From: Mobula hypostoma
Lineage: Eukaryota
Length of the DNA: 64,000 nucleotides
Direction of reading: 5' to 3'
Assembly (NCBI RefSeq): GCF_963921235.1
Contig: NC_086097.1
Coordinates: 173,540,001-173,604,000 of the forward strand
The stretch's first letter is position 1. Every line of letters starts with the position of its first letter. The notes below the pieces were generated by a model, which saw only the letters and a program-made list of their open reading frames with translations, was not told where the DNA came from and did no database searches. Positions 14,340 through 26,530 of this stretch are shown here, one piece after another. Both the position numbers and the translations under genes were made by a program.

Positions 14340-15150
14340 TTAGTTACCAGTGAGCAAAAGTAGTTGTAAACTGTAGAAATATCTCAGTAGAGGGACAGAC
14401 AGACAATAATTTGCAACTGAAATTTAATCCAGGGAAATGCAAGGATTTTCTTTGAGACCAACCAAGGCATTAGAATATTTATTAAAGAAGCACAGATGAA
14501 CAGTGGGACTTCAAAGTTCGATACATTGATCATCACGGCAGACAGATAAAAGGTCAAGAAAGTACATATCATACTTGCATGTATTGACCTAGGCAAAGAA
14601 TATATGAGCAGGAAGGAAATGCTGGAAATTTATAAAGTACAAGAAAGACACAGCTGAATTTGTATGTATTATTCAGGCTACTGCATTATGAAAGAAACCA
14701 TGAGCAAGAATAGAAGACCATTCCATCTCTCAGACGTATTCCACAACTAAGCAGAATCACGGCTGATTTAACATTCCTCAAGTGCACTTCTCTGCCCCAT
14801 CCCCAAAGCCTTTGATCTCCCTACTAATTATAAAAAAACTATCACAGACAGATATCCAACGACTCTGAAGAAAGAAGTTCCAGATACTTACAATACTCAG
14901 AGGAAAATAAAATCTTCCTCACCTCAAGCTTATTCTGAGATCCTATCCTCAGTTCTGAACTTTGCCATGAATGGAAACACCTACTCAGCATTTTATCTAT
15001 ACCCTTTTTGAACAAGGTTACCACTCATTTTTCAAAACACCAATCTAGATAGTCTCTACATGTTTTCCCTCATCGAACAAGCTGCAAAATTCATCCCAAT
15101 GTATCTTCACTGAGTCGCTTTCAATTGAACAATACATTTCTTTAAGTAGG
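14340..15150. mobile_element. Two old CR1 fragments tail-to-body (+ 14340-14695; - 14700-15150)
   Basis: Degenerate WQMEFNPGKC-type sequence on +; CR1 3' end sequence on -. Confidence 0.55.
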
Positions 15151-15374
15151 GTGCGTGCTACATCTGGTATATTTCTAGACCACTGTCATCCTGTAGGAAT
15201 TTACATACCATGCGACTGAAGTGGAACTGCAAAACAGAATATTAGACCGTAAGATCATAAGGTATAGAAGAAGAATTTTACTACTTGGCTCATCGAGTCT
15301 GCTTCATCACGGCTGATATTGATCCTTTGACAGTGAAAATATTCAACTGACAAAGCAGAGAAATTACTGTTTTT

Positions 15375-16300
15375 TATCAGGCCCTTTGTTGGTTGGTGTT
15401 GACCATGGATGCTGCATCCCAGCTATCTATGTGACACACAAGACGGCAATGCAACATGGAGAGCAAGCTATTGCTCTCATAGCAGACTTCCCCTCTCCAT
15501 CCATGCAGCTGATGAATCCAAAGGAATGGTAAAAACCAATACAGTTTGGCACCAGCAGCATCACAGGAGTTGCCAGTCAGCATTGAATTGAATTGAATTG
15601 AACTGACTTTATTTCTTACATCCTTCACATACATGAAGGACGAACAGACCATGAATGTACAGACCATGTGAGATCCTCAGTGATGTGTATGCTAAGGAAC
15701 TTAAAGCTGTTTACCCTCTCAACCCCAGATCCACTGATGTCAATAGGGGTTCCACGGTCTCCATTCCTCCTGTAGTCCATAGCCAGCTCCTTTGTTTTGC
15801 AACATTGAAGGAGAGGTTGTTTTCTTGACACCACTGTGTCAAGGTGATGACTTCTCTGTAGGCTGGCTTGTTATTATTTGAGTTAAGGCCAATCAATGTA
15901 GTGTCATCAGCAAATTTAATTAACAGTACTGCCTTAGGGACTCCAGCACTGGATTGTTCCTCATGGTTTACTGCCAAAGCCTTCCCCAAAAGTAAATATA
16001 GTTGCAAGGCAGGGGAGGTTTGAGATCAGAGTTTTCGTCCTCCTAGATGAGTTGCCAACCATGGCCGACAAGCCCCATCCGCCCAAAGTGATTGATTTTT
16101 AGGAGCCAGTAACCTGCACTTGCCTCTTCTCCTTCATGTATGAAACATCTCCACCAGGCTTAGTAGCTAAGCCACACATGAAGGCCAGGAGCTGGACTTG
16201 GTTGTTATTGACTATGTGGGACGCACACATTGAAGCATTTAATAGGTAGTGAGAATTTAACCCTGCTACCACCTCTGGCTATAATAACCTTAAGGAACTC
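15375..16300 (-). mobile_element. RTE-like non-autonomous element interrupted by an internally deleted Rex-Babar piece (about 15583-15928)
   Basis: Insert encodes IKFADDTTLIGL..WCQENNLSFNVAK and ends in an (ATTCA)n tail. Flanks carry the RTE 5'-UTR-like motif ggcaactcatctaggaggacgaaaactctgatctcaaacc on the minus strand. Confidence 0.6.
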
Positions 16301-16508
16301 TTAATTAAGGAACCCTGTATTATTAATGAATACACTCTGAATCATAAAATTATTATTGGAGTCCATATGAAGAGATATGATCTAAAACATTGACCACCTA
16401 TGTGCTTCTGTAGATGCTACATGATCTACTTAGATCAGCTTGCAGTTTGTTTATTGATCTAAATCCTAGCAAAAAAAATCTGCATTCTGCATCGTTCCAG
16501 GAAATAAG

Positions 16509-19500
16509 ACCATAAGACCTAAAAGACAGAAGCAGAATTAGGCAGTTTGGCCCGCTCACTCTGCTCCACCATTCAATCATGGCTGTTCCTTTTCTCTCCT
16601 CCTCAGCCCCACTCCCGGTCTTCTCCCTGTAACCTTTGATGCCATGGCCAGTGAAGAACCTATCAATTCCTGCCTTAAATACACCCAACAACCTGACCTC
16701 CACAGCTGTCTGTGGTAACAAATTCCACAAATTCACCACCCTTTGGCTAAACAAATTTCACCAGATCTGTGTTTTAAATGGACGCCCCTTTATCCTGAGG
16801 CTGTGCCCTTTGTCCTAGACTCTCCCACCATGGGAAACATCCTTTCCACATCTACTCTGTCTAGGCCCTTCAACATTCAAAAGATTTCAATGAGATTCCA
16901 CCCCCCCACCCCCATTCTTGTAAATTCCAGCGAACACAAGCCCAGAGCCATCAAACATTCCTCAAGAGATGATCCCTTAATTTCTGAAATCAACCTTGTG
17001 AACCTTCTCTGAACCCTCTCCAATTCCAGCACATCTTTTCTCAGATAAGAAGCCCAAAACAGTTCATGATACTCAAGGTGAGGCCTCACCAGTGCCTTAT
17101 AAAGCCTCAGCATCACAACACCTGCTTATATATTGTAGGCCTCTTGAAATGAATGCTAACATCGCATTTGCCTTCCACACCACCAATTCAACCTGCAAAT
17201 AAACCTTTAGGGTTCTGCACAAGGACTCCCAAGTTCAGATTTTTGGATTTTCTCCCTCTTTAGAAAATAGTCTGCACATTTATTTCTACTACTAAAGTGC
17301 ATGACCATGCATTTTCCAACGTTGTATTCAATTTGCCACTTCCTTGCCCATTCTCCTAATCTGCCTAGGTCCTTCTGCATCCTTCCTGTTTCCTTAACAC
17401 TACCTGCCCCTCCACCAATCTCCACATTATCTGCAAACTTGACAACAAAGCTATCTATTCCATCATCTGAATCATTTATATACAGCATACAGAGAAGCGG
17501 TCCCAACACCAACCCCTGTGGAACACTACCAGTCACTGGCAGCCAACCAGAAAAGAACCTTTTATTCACACTCGCTGCCTCCTACCAATCAGCCAATGCT
17601 CTAACCATGCCAATAACCTTCCAGTAATACTACAGGCTTTTAACTTGGTAAGCACCCTCATGCATGGCACCTCGTTAAAGGCCTTCTAAAAGTCCAAATA
17701 TACATCTACTGCGCCCCCTTTATCCATTCTACTTGTAATCTCCTCAAAGAATTCCAACAGGTTCGTCAGGCAAGACTTGCCCTTAAGGAAACCATGCAGA
17801 CTTTGTCCTACATTGTCCTGTCCCACCAAGTTCTCCATAACCTCATCCTTAACAATTGACTCCAACATCTTCCCAACCACTGAGGTCAGGCTAACTGGCC
17901 TATAATTTCCTTTCTGCTGCCTCCCTCCTTTCTTAAAGAGTGGAGTGAATTTGCAATTTTCCAGTCCTCTGGATCTACGCCAGAGTCCAATGTTTTTTGA
18001 AAAATCAATACTGACGCTTCCACAAACTCAACCACTCCTCTTTCAGAACCTTAGGGTGCAGTTCATCGAGTCTGGGTGACTTATATATCTTTTGGTCTTT
18101 CAGCTTTTTGAGCACCTTCTTCCTTGTAAGAGTACCTGCACTCACTTCTCATCCCTCACACCCTTCAACACCTGGCACAGGGCTAGTATATTTCAAAGTG
18201 AGGATTGATGCAAAATACTCATTTAGTTCATATGCCATCTCCTTGTCCCCCATTATTATTTCTCTGGCCTCATTTTTTAGCGGTCCTATATCCACTCTCA
18301 TCTCTCTCTTTATTTTTGTATACAGGTGTCTTCCGCTTTTCGAATGTTCGCCTTACGAAACCTCACTGTTACAAAAGACCTACATTAGTACCCTGTTTTC
18401 GCTATCAGAAGGTGTTTTCACTGTTATGAAAAAAAAGCAGCGCGCAATAAAAAAATCAGCATGCAAAAAAGATCAGCGTGCGCCCCGAGCAGCCGCTCTC
18501 CCCCGGATTCAGAATGGCATTGCTTTAACACGTGCCCGTGAGCAGCCGTTAGCAAGATGAGTTCTATGGTGTCGGAAAAACCTAAAAGAGCTCGTAAGGG
18601 TGTTACACTTAGCGTAAAACTAGACATAATTAAGCGTTTCGATCGTGGTGAACCAAGTAAGGACCAAGTGTGCTTGGCTTGTGGAAGCTGATGAAGATGA
18701 TGTTGAAGAGGTTTTGGCATCCCATGACCAAGATCTGATAGATGAAGAGCTGATGCAATTGGAAGAGGAAAGGATAACAATTGAAACCGAATGCAGTAGC
18801 GAAAGTGAAGCAACTGTGTGAGATTTTCGCTGCAATGATAAAGTACGACTTTAATTTTGAAAGGGTACGTAGGTTTAGGGGATATTTGCAAGATGGTTTG
18901 AGTCCTTACAAAGAACCAGGCCGCGGACAGATACTGTACCGATTCGCGGAGAATGCAGCAGTAGCCGGGAGGCACACAGCACATCTTTAAGAAAAAAGCC
19001 GAAATAAACATGCTAATTAATTAGGTGCCGCCCCACACGTAAATGTCGGCCCAGATCAAAGGTGATGCAATCGGCAATCGGCACTGATCTGGGCCAAAAA
19101 TTACGTGCCGGGCAGCACCTAATTAATTAGCATGTTTATTTCGGCTTTTTTCTTAAAGATGTGCTGGATGCCTCCCGGCTACCACTGTACCCCTGCATGC
19201 TTCATGGTATCGGTTGGTGGCCCGGAGGGTGGGGGCAACTGCACCACCCAACCTGCAACGACTTAGTCTAACACACCATCATCAGTGTGCTCAGCGCTGA
19301 ACCAATTCCGGTAAGTGATACTACACTGTACACACATTATTTCTACTTTATATCAGCTGTGTATTTTTACGTGTTATTTGGTATGATTTGGCAGCTTCAT
19401 AGCTTAAAGGTTACTGGAGAGCGCTTGCGCCGTGTTTTTGCCAACAGCGCTTGCGTGAGATTTTCGCTACGGAGAGCAGTGCAGTAATGATTGTGGAAAA

Positions 19501-20630
19501 GTATTTCTACTTTATGTAAGCAGTGTATTTAATATATCATTCCTGCTTTTACTGTGTGTTACTGTTATTTTAGGTTTTATGTGTTATTTGGCATGATTTG
19601 GTTATTTTTGGGTCTGCGAACACTCACAAAATGTTCCCATATAAATAAATGGTAATTGCTTCTTCGCTTTACCACATTTCCGCTTACGAACCGTTTCATA
19701 GGAACGCTCTACCTTCGGATGGCGGGGGAAATCTGTACTTGAAAAAGCTTTTTCTATTCATCTTGATATTGTTTGCTAACTTGCTTTCATATTTAATCTT
19801 TTCCTTCCTAATGATTCTTTTAGTTGTTCTCGATAGGTTTTTAAAATCTTCTCAATCCTCTAACTTCCCACTAATTTTTACTTTGTTGTATGCACTCTCT
19901 TTTGCATTTACATTAGCTTTGACTTCCCTTGTCAGCTACGGTTGCGCTATTTTGCCATTTGAGTATTTCTTTGTTTTTGGAATACATCTATCCTGCACCT
20001 TCCTCATTTTTCCCAGAACCTCAAGCCATTGCTGCTCTGCTATCATCCCTGCCAGCATCTCCTTCCAGTTTACTTTGGCCAACTCCTCTCTCATACCACT
20101 ATAATTTCCTTTACTTCACTGAAATACTGTTACATCAGACTTTACATTCTCCCTATCAAATTTCAAGTTGAACTCAATCATATTCTGATCACTGGCTCCT
20201 AAGGGTTCCTTTACTTTAAGCTCCCTAATCGCCCCCGGTTCACTACATAACAGCCAATCCAGTATAGCTGATCCCCTAGTAGGTTCAATGACAAACTGCT
20301 CTGAAAAGCCATCTTATAGGTATTCAACAAATTCACTCTTCTGAGATTCATTACCAACCTGATTTTCCCAATCTACCTGCATGTTAAAATCTCCCATGAC
20401 CACCACATCATTGCCCTTTTGCATTGTAATCTGTAGTCCACATCCCAGCTACTGTTGGGAGGTTAATATATAACTGCCATCAGGATCCTTTTACTCTTGC
20501 AGATTCTCAACTCAACCCACAAGGAGTCAACATCTTTCGATCCTATGTCACATCTTTCTAATGATTTAATGCCATTCTTTACCAGCAGAGCCATGCCACC
20601 TCCTCTGTCTACCTTCCTATCCCTCCTTTC
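16509..20630 (-). mobile_element. CR1 LINE, decayed, split by a Tigger insertion at 18323-19735
   Basis: RT fragments (VKFADN, GKSCLTNLLEFFE, YKALVRPHLEY, FSQRVVNLWN); endonuclease remnant near 20200-20630. Confidence 0.9.
18323..19735 (+). mobile_element. Tigger/pogo non-autonomous DNA transposon (internal deletion derivative) with central hairpin
   Basis: TA|CAGGTGTC...GGGGAAATCTG|TA ends. Remnant N-terminal HTH (KRARKGVTLSVKLDIIKRFDRGE) fused to Tigger1/TIGD1-like C-terminus (DVEEVLASHDQDLIDEELMQLEEE). Confidence 0.88.
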
Positions 20631-21944
20631 AGCTGGAGGTCAGGCAGCGTCCATGAGAAATACTGGCATCCTTGGAAGCCTCTCACTTCCCCACAAATGT
20701 CTCCCTGATAACTTACTGCAAGTTAACACTTCATCATCTCAAATAAGAATTATTTTTGGACTTGACACAGGAATGAAAAATGGTAATTTACAGTATGTTC
20801 TAAGTACAACACTTTATCTGCACTGTTTTTCAGGCATTAAAACAGGTTTAGCATTCACCATTATGCTATTTCTCAAAGTTCTTTTAAGTCTTATAAATTT
20901 ATTTAGTACCAGCTTCAAGACAGCACTGCCAAGCTCCCTTGCATAAACTCAATCTGTTTCAGCAATAGCAGCATTCAAGGGTGAAATATCCCTCAGTGGG
21001 TGCACTCCTCCTCATGGCTCGGACTTCAGGAAGCTGTTTATATCAAGTCACACTAAGTACAACTTACTTGCTATCAACTACAGGGTGGAAGTCTACTCGG
21101 AAGGTTTGTGGGTTGGGGGGGTGTGGATGAGGTTGGCTGGAGAAAGTAAACAACATGCATGGGCTTCTGGAGAACAATTCACACATTAAGTGACTGCACT
21201 GCGCTGGTTGTAATTGTGCCAGGAGTTTATAAGGGAGGTGCCTATAAGGGCATAAGTGCCCTCTACAAAGAGCCGCATTTCTGGGAGTCTTGTAATGCAG
21301 TCAGTGCACCTTCCAAGTGTGAAGACAAAAATCACATTTACTAAAGAGTGTCAACAAGTGCCACTGTGGGGCATCTCAGGACATCCAAAACCAAAATACT
21401 GCAAATGCTAGTAATTTGGGATGAGAAGAGGAAGTGCTGCAAACTCTCAGTAAGGCGGCAGCACCTTACCAGTTTTGGCATACTCTGGATGTCTCCAGCA
21501 CTTTTACTATTTTAATGACAGCCTACAAGAACCTTAAAGCAGTACTTCTGAAGGGGAGTTTGGTATAGACATTTGTGCTTGTCTGAAAGGCAAACTCCAA
21601 GCATACATGATTGCAAGAGAGTCATGGCTGATCTTTTACATAATTGTTTCAGACTTCACTGTCATTAGAGACAAGTTCTTCAGTACATAGCAGCAATTAA
21701 ATGCACAGCAAAACAATGATAAGTACTAGCATTAAAAATAAGTTGTATCAGGTAGAATAGACAGGAGCCTTTTTTTGGCGGGGGGTTAGAGGGATATCTT
21801 GTGTCTTTGAATATCTTAATGCATATGTAGATGGATAGGTGAGAATGAGTACTGAAGGCAACCAGAAGATGAGCAATAATCTTACTGAATGGCAGAGGAG
21901 GTTTCAGGAGTTGAATGACCTATCCCTGCTCCTAACTTGTATAA

Positions 21945-22080
21945 ACAGCCAACATTTCGGGCCAAGACCTTTCTTCAGGAGTCCTGAAGAAGGGTCTTGG
22001 CCCAAGATGTCAACAGATTATTCTTCTCCATCGATGTTGCCTGACCTGCTGAGTTCCTCCAGCAGCTTCTGTGTGTTGCC
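21945..22080. mobile_element. Penelope terminal-repeat remnant: head-to-head inverted pair of degenerate hammerhead motifs
   Basis: Palindrome centred at about 21981: atttcgggccaagacctttcttcagga|g|tcctgaagaagggtcttggcccaagat. Confidence 0.75.
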
Positions 22081-22399
22081 ATCTGTTGTCAACTGAAATA
22101 GTTCTTCTTTCGATAAATAAGAAATCTACAGTCAGCGTAGTAAATGACATGCTTTCATGTCTTATTCCCATCCAAAAAAAAAGTTGTCTCAGTTCAGATG
22201 AAATTATTCTTTTAATAGCAGCTCTAATAGAATTGAAAACCATTCCTTTAGATAACTTCCAGATACATCTAAATATTTATTTCATATTTTGAATCCAATG
22301 AGTTTTTGTGTACTTAAAACATATCTGAAAATAATTTTCGTAATTCCATAAAGGCTCCAGAGATTAGGACAACAAAGAGATGGTCATGGGAGGGAGTGG

Positions 22400-24755
22400 A
22401 GGGAATACAAATTTGCTTCGAGTCAGTGGACTGGGTTGTGTTCAAGGACTCATCTGTGGATCTGAATGAATACCCCAGAGTTGTCACAGACAATTAAAAA
22501 AAAGTCCTAGACAAGTGTGTCCCCACAATTCATTCAGAGTCTTCACCAACCAGAAGCCCTGGATGAACCATGAGATCTGCAATCTGCTGAGGGCCAGATC
22601 AGAGGCATTCAAGTTTGGTGACCAGGAAAGTTACAAGAGGGCCAAGTACAATCTCTGCTAAGCCATTTCATGGGGGAAGTGGCTATTCCGGACTGAGCTC
22701 CAATCGATGAATCATGCTTGACAGGTCTTGAATGCTACTACTCCTACAAAGTGAAATCAAGAGACACCGGTGACAACCGAGCTTCGCTTCCAGATCAGCT
22801 CAATGCTTTCTATGCTGGCTTTGACTGTCAAACCATCATGAACTCCCACAGCCACCATTGACCTTGTAATTTCAGTCTCTGAGGCTGAAGTACAAGCATC
22901 CTTCAGGAGGGTAAACGAATGGAAATCATCCAGCCCAGATGGTTATACTGGTGCATGAGAAGAATGTAGTAACTTGCCTCAATGACTATTGTCCAGTTGT
23001 ACTTACATCCACAGTGATGAAGTGTTTTGAGAGGATGATGATGAAACATATCAACTCCTGCCTGAGAAGCAACTTGGATCTGCTTCAATTGCCTACCGGC
23101 ACAACAGGTCCACAGCGGATCCCATTTCATTGGCATTTCACTTAACTCTGGAACAGCTGGACAGCAAAGACTACATTGACTTTACTGACCACTGCTTAGC
23201 ATTCAGTACTATTATCCCCTCAAAACTAATTAATAAGCTTCAAGACCTTGGCCTCAGTACCTCCTTATGTAACTGGATCCCTGATTTCCTCACTTCCAGA
23301 TCCCAATCAGTTCAGATTGGGAATAACATCTCCTCCACAATCTCCAATCAGCAAGGTTGCGTGATTAGTCCTTTACTCTACTCACTTTACACTTAAGACT
23401 GTGTGGCTAACTACAACTCGAATGTCATATTCGAGTTTGGTGCCAGCAGCACTGTCGTAGGCCAAACCAAAGGTGATGACAAATCAGCACATAGGACGGA
23501 GAATGAAAATCGGACTGAGTTGTGCCGCAACAACCACCTCTTACTCTATGTCAGTAAGGCCAAGGAGCTGATTATTAACTTCAGGAGGAGGAAACCGGAA
23601 TTCCATGAATTAATCCTTATCAGAGGATCAGAGGTTGAGAGGGTCAGTAACTTTAAACTCCTTGGTGTTATCATTTCAGAGGACCTGTCCTGGGCCCAGA
23701 ACACAAGAGCAATTGTAAAGAAAGCAGGGCAGTGCCTCTACCTCGTTAGGAGTCTGCAGACATCTACAACTCTGACAAACCTGTATAGATGTGCTGACTG
23801 TATATTGACTGGCTACATCACAGTCCAGTATGGAAACACTAAATCATAAACATGAGGAAGTCTGCAGATGTTGTAAATCCAAAGCAACACACACAAAATG
23901 CTACAGGAACTCAATAGGTCAGACTGCATCTATGGAAAGGAGTAGACAGCTGAGGTTTCGGGCCGAGACCCTTCTTCAGGACTTAAAAGGAAGGGGGAGA
24001 CTCAGAATAAAGAGGTGGGAAGGGAAGGAGGCTAGATGGAAGGTGATAGGGGAAGCCAGGTGGGTGGAAAAGGTAAAGGGCTAGAGAAGAAGGAATCTGA
24101 TAGGAGAATAAACCATGGGAGAAAGGGAAGGGAAGGGGAAAGGGGCCCGGGGGAAGTGATAGGCAGGTGAGAAGAGGTAAAAGACAAGACTAATGTGGAA
24201 AATCTTACAAAATGTAGTGGATATGGTCTAGTCTATCACAGGTAAAGGTCTCCCTACTATTGAGCACATCTACACTGAGTGATTTCACAGAAAAGCAGCA
24301 CCCACCTTCATGGACCCCAACCACCCAGGTCTCGCTATTGCCTTCAGGAAGAAGGTACAAGGGCATCAGGACTCACACCACAAGCTTCAAGAACAGTTAC
24401 TACCCCACAACTATCAGGTTCTTGAACCAGAGGGGATAACTTCACTCAACTTCACTTGTCCCATCACTGAACTGTTCCCACAAACTATGGACTCACTTCC
24501 AAGAACTCTTCATCTCATGGTTCCCAATATGTATTGCTCATTTATCAATATGATGATTCCCTCTTTTGTCTTCTGTTTTGTATTTGTATAGTTTGTTATC
24601 TTTTGCACACTGGTTGTCCACTCTGTTGCTGTGGTCTTTCATTGTTTCTATTATGGTTATTGGATTTATTGAGTCCAACAACAAGAAAATTAATCTCAGG
24701 GTTGTCAAGAGTGACATATATGTACTTTCATAATAAATTTACTTTGTACTTTGGA
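22400..24755 (+). mobile_element. Rex-Babar LINE, decayed RT, with a Penelope 3' piece inserted (about 23848-24185, minus)
   Basis: CLNDYCPVVLTSTVMKCFER, AFSTIIPSKL, QGCVISPLLYSLYT, KELIINFRR, KLLGVIISEDLSW; 3' UTR ends at about 24755. Confidence 0.85.
23948..23983 (-). ncRNA. Minimal type-I hammerhead ribozyme motif, partly degenerate (Penelope terminal repeat)
   Basis: Minus strand agtcCTGAAGAagggtctcggcccGAAAcctcagct; core boxes intact, stem III and stem I mismatched. Confidence 0.6.
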
Positions 24756-25772
24756 ATTGAAATGTTGTTAATGACCCAAAATTGAAATAAAAACAACTAG
24801 CTATAATGATGAAAAGGATACTATCTGATTGTCATAAATACCCATCTGCCTCAGTCAAGTTGTTCTGGGGTAGAAAATCAGTCATGCTTTCCCATCTGGA
24901 GTGGTCCAGATGATTATAGAACCACAGCAAATGCAATTTTCCTTAAAATGTACCCAGAAAAGGCCTATGCTAGAGAACAATGAGGAATGTGAAGTAACTG
25001 TTGATATTGTCAGCGATACCCAATTCCCAAAAGTAAATTGTTTGTCAGAATAAGTATACGAGCTCAGATCATCACTGACTACATCATCAGTAATGCTGTG
25101 TTCTTCCCCCACACAATTAGCAGAAGATTCCACAGGATTACTCGGTACTGCAGTGAGTTCAACATTACACAAAGATCCCAGCACGGGAGAACCTCTAACA
25201 AAGTTTATTTCCTGGCTTTCAAAGAGATGTGAATTGAGAGACGTACCGATACCAATGTTGCGATTCCTCACCTCAAACAACTCAATGCACCGGGGTAAAT
25301 CTGTCTGATATGTGCACATTATGACATCTATTTTAATACCAGTTTCACATTGCTTGTGAATTCTGAAATCATCAGATCCATAGAATTGTTTTATAGCTGA
25401 TAACAAATTGTTAAAGAAATAATTACAGTTAAGCAACCTATTCATCAAAATTTATGTAAATCAAAATATTGTACAGAAAAGGGCAGAATACCCAACTCTG
25501 AAATAAACATAAATAGCATATGTACATCCAATTATCCCCACTTGCTCTAACTTAGTTTACCTGCCAATTCCATTTGATCTGATCATACCATCCTTTAAGA
25601 GTATTCGTAAAATAATCAGAAACCAGTGTTCATCAAGCAATACTCCTTCATTGAAATTAGATCAATTAAAACTTAAGCAAATCACTTCAAGTATACAACA
25701 TATTTCAACCAACTATTTAACAGACACACTAAAGATAACAAAGTATGTCATAATCCGAGTTACAAAATCATA

Positions 25773-26530
25773 GGGGCGGGTGAAGTGATGATGGCGCTAA
25801 ATGGCAACTCCTTTGCTTGCATCTTCGGAAACAGCTCTACTTCTATCTTCAATATCTCTATTTTTCCCTTTCAGGGTTCTTTTGAAGACCTCGGCCTGGA
25901 GTTACATGCTAACTACGGTTCTTTGCAGGAATGGGACCTGCTCTCAGGGTTTCACAACTGACCACTGTTTGGCATGCCAAGGGATCAGCATTGGAGGACT
26001 AGGATCTCGGCTTCTGGAGACAGGCAGATTGAAGGTTGGTGTCTGGGACTGGTGTGTTCGTGGGAGCTGGAATATCTTTGGCTGGGTGCCCAGAGACCTT
26101 TCGGCACAGAGCTTGAGAAAAGTGACGCAATGGAATTTTAACATCGTAAACCAGCGAGTTGTTTGTTATGTGTCCTCTCTTGCTGTGAAACAGAGTCATC
26201 TCTTTCTCCTTTATTAGGGGGAGAGAGAGAGAGAGAGCCTGTGGTGTGTCGAATGCCGGGGGAACAATGTAGTCTTTGGAGTATTGCAAGTCTGTGTCTT
26301 TAATGTTGCTTTTGCTGCACGTTTGAGTGCTCGGTGATGGGTGCCGATGCTTTTTTTTTGCCAGTGGGGGGAGGGAGGGGAGCTGGGAGAGACTTTGGGG
26401 TTCTAACATTTAACTGTCATTCATTCTTTGGGGTACTCCTCTGTTTTCATGGATGGTTGGAAGAAAAAGCATTTAGAATGTATACTGTACACATTTCTCT
26501 GACATTAAGTGCACCTTTGAAATCTTTGAA
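25773..26530 (+). mobile_element. Non-coding non-autonomous retroelement (GATGGCG-type 5' end, LINE-like 3' tail)
   Basis: GC-richer island starting ggggcgggtgaagtgatgatggcgc; ends gacattaagtgcacctttgaaatctttgaa; no credible ORF. Confidence 0.5.
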
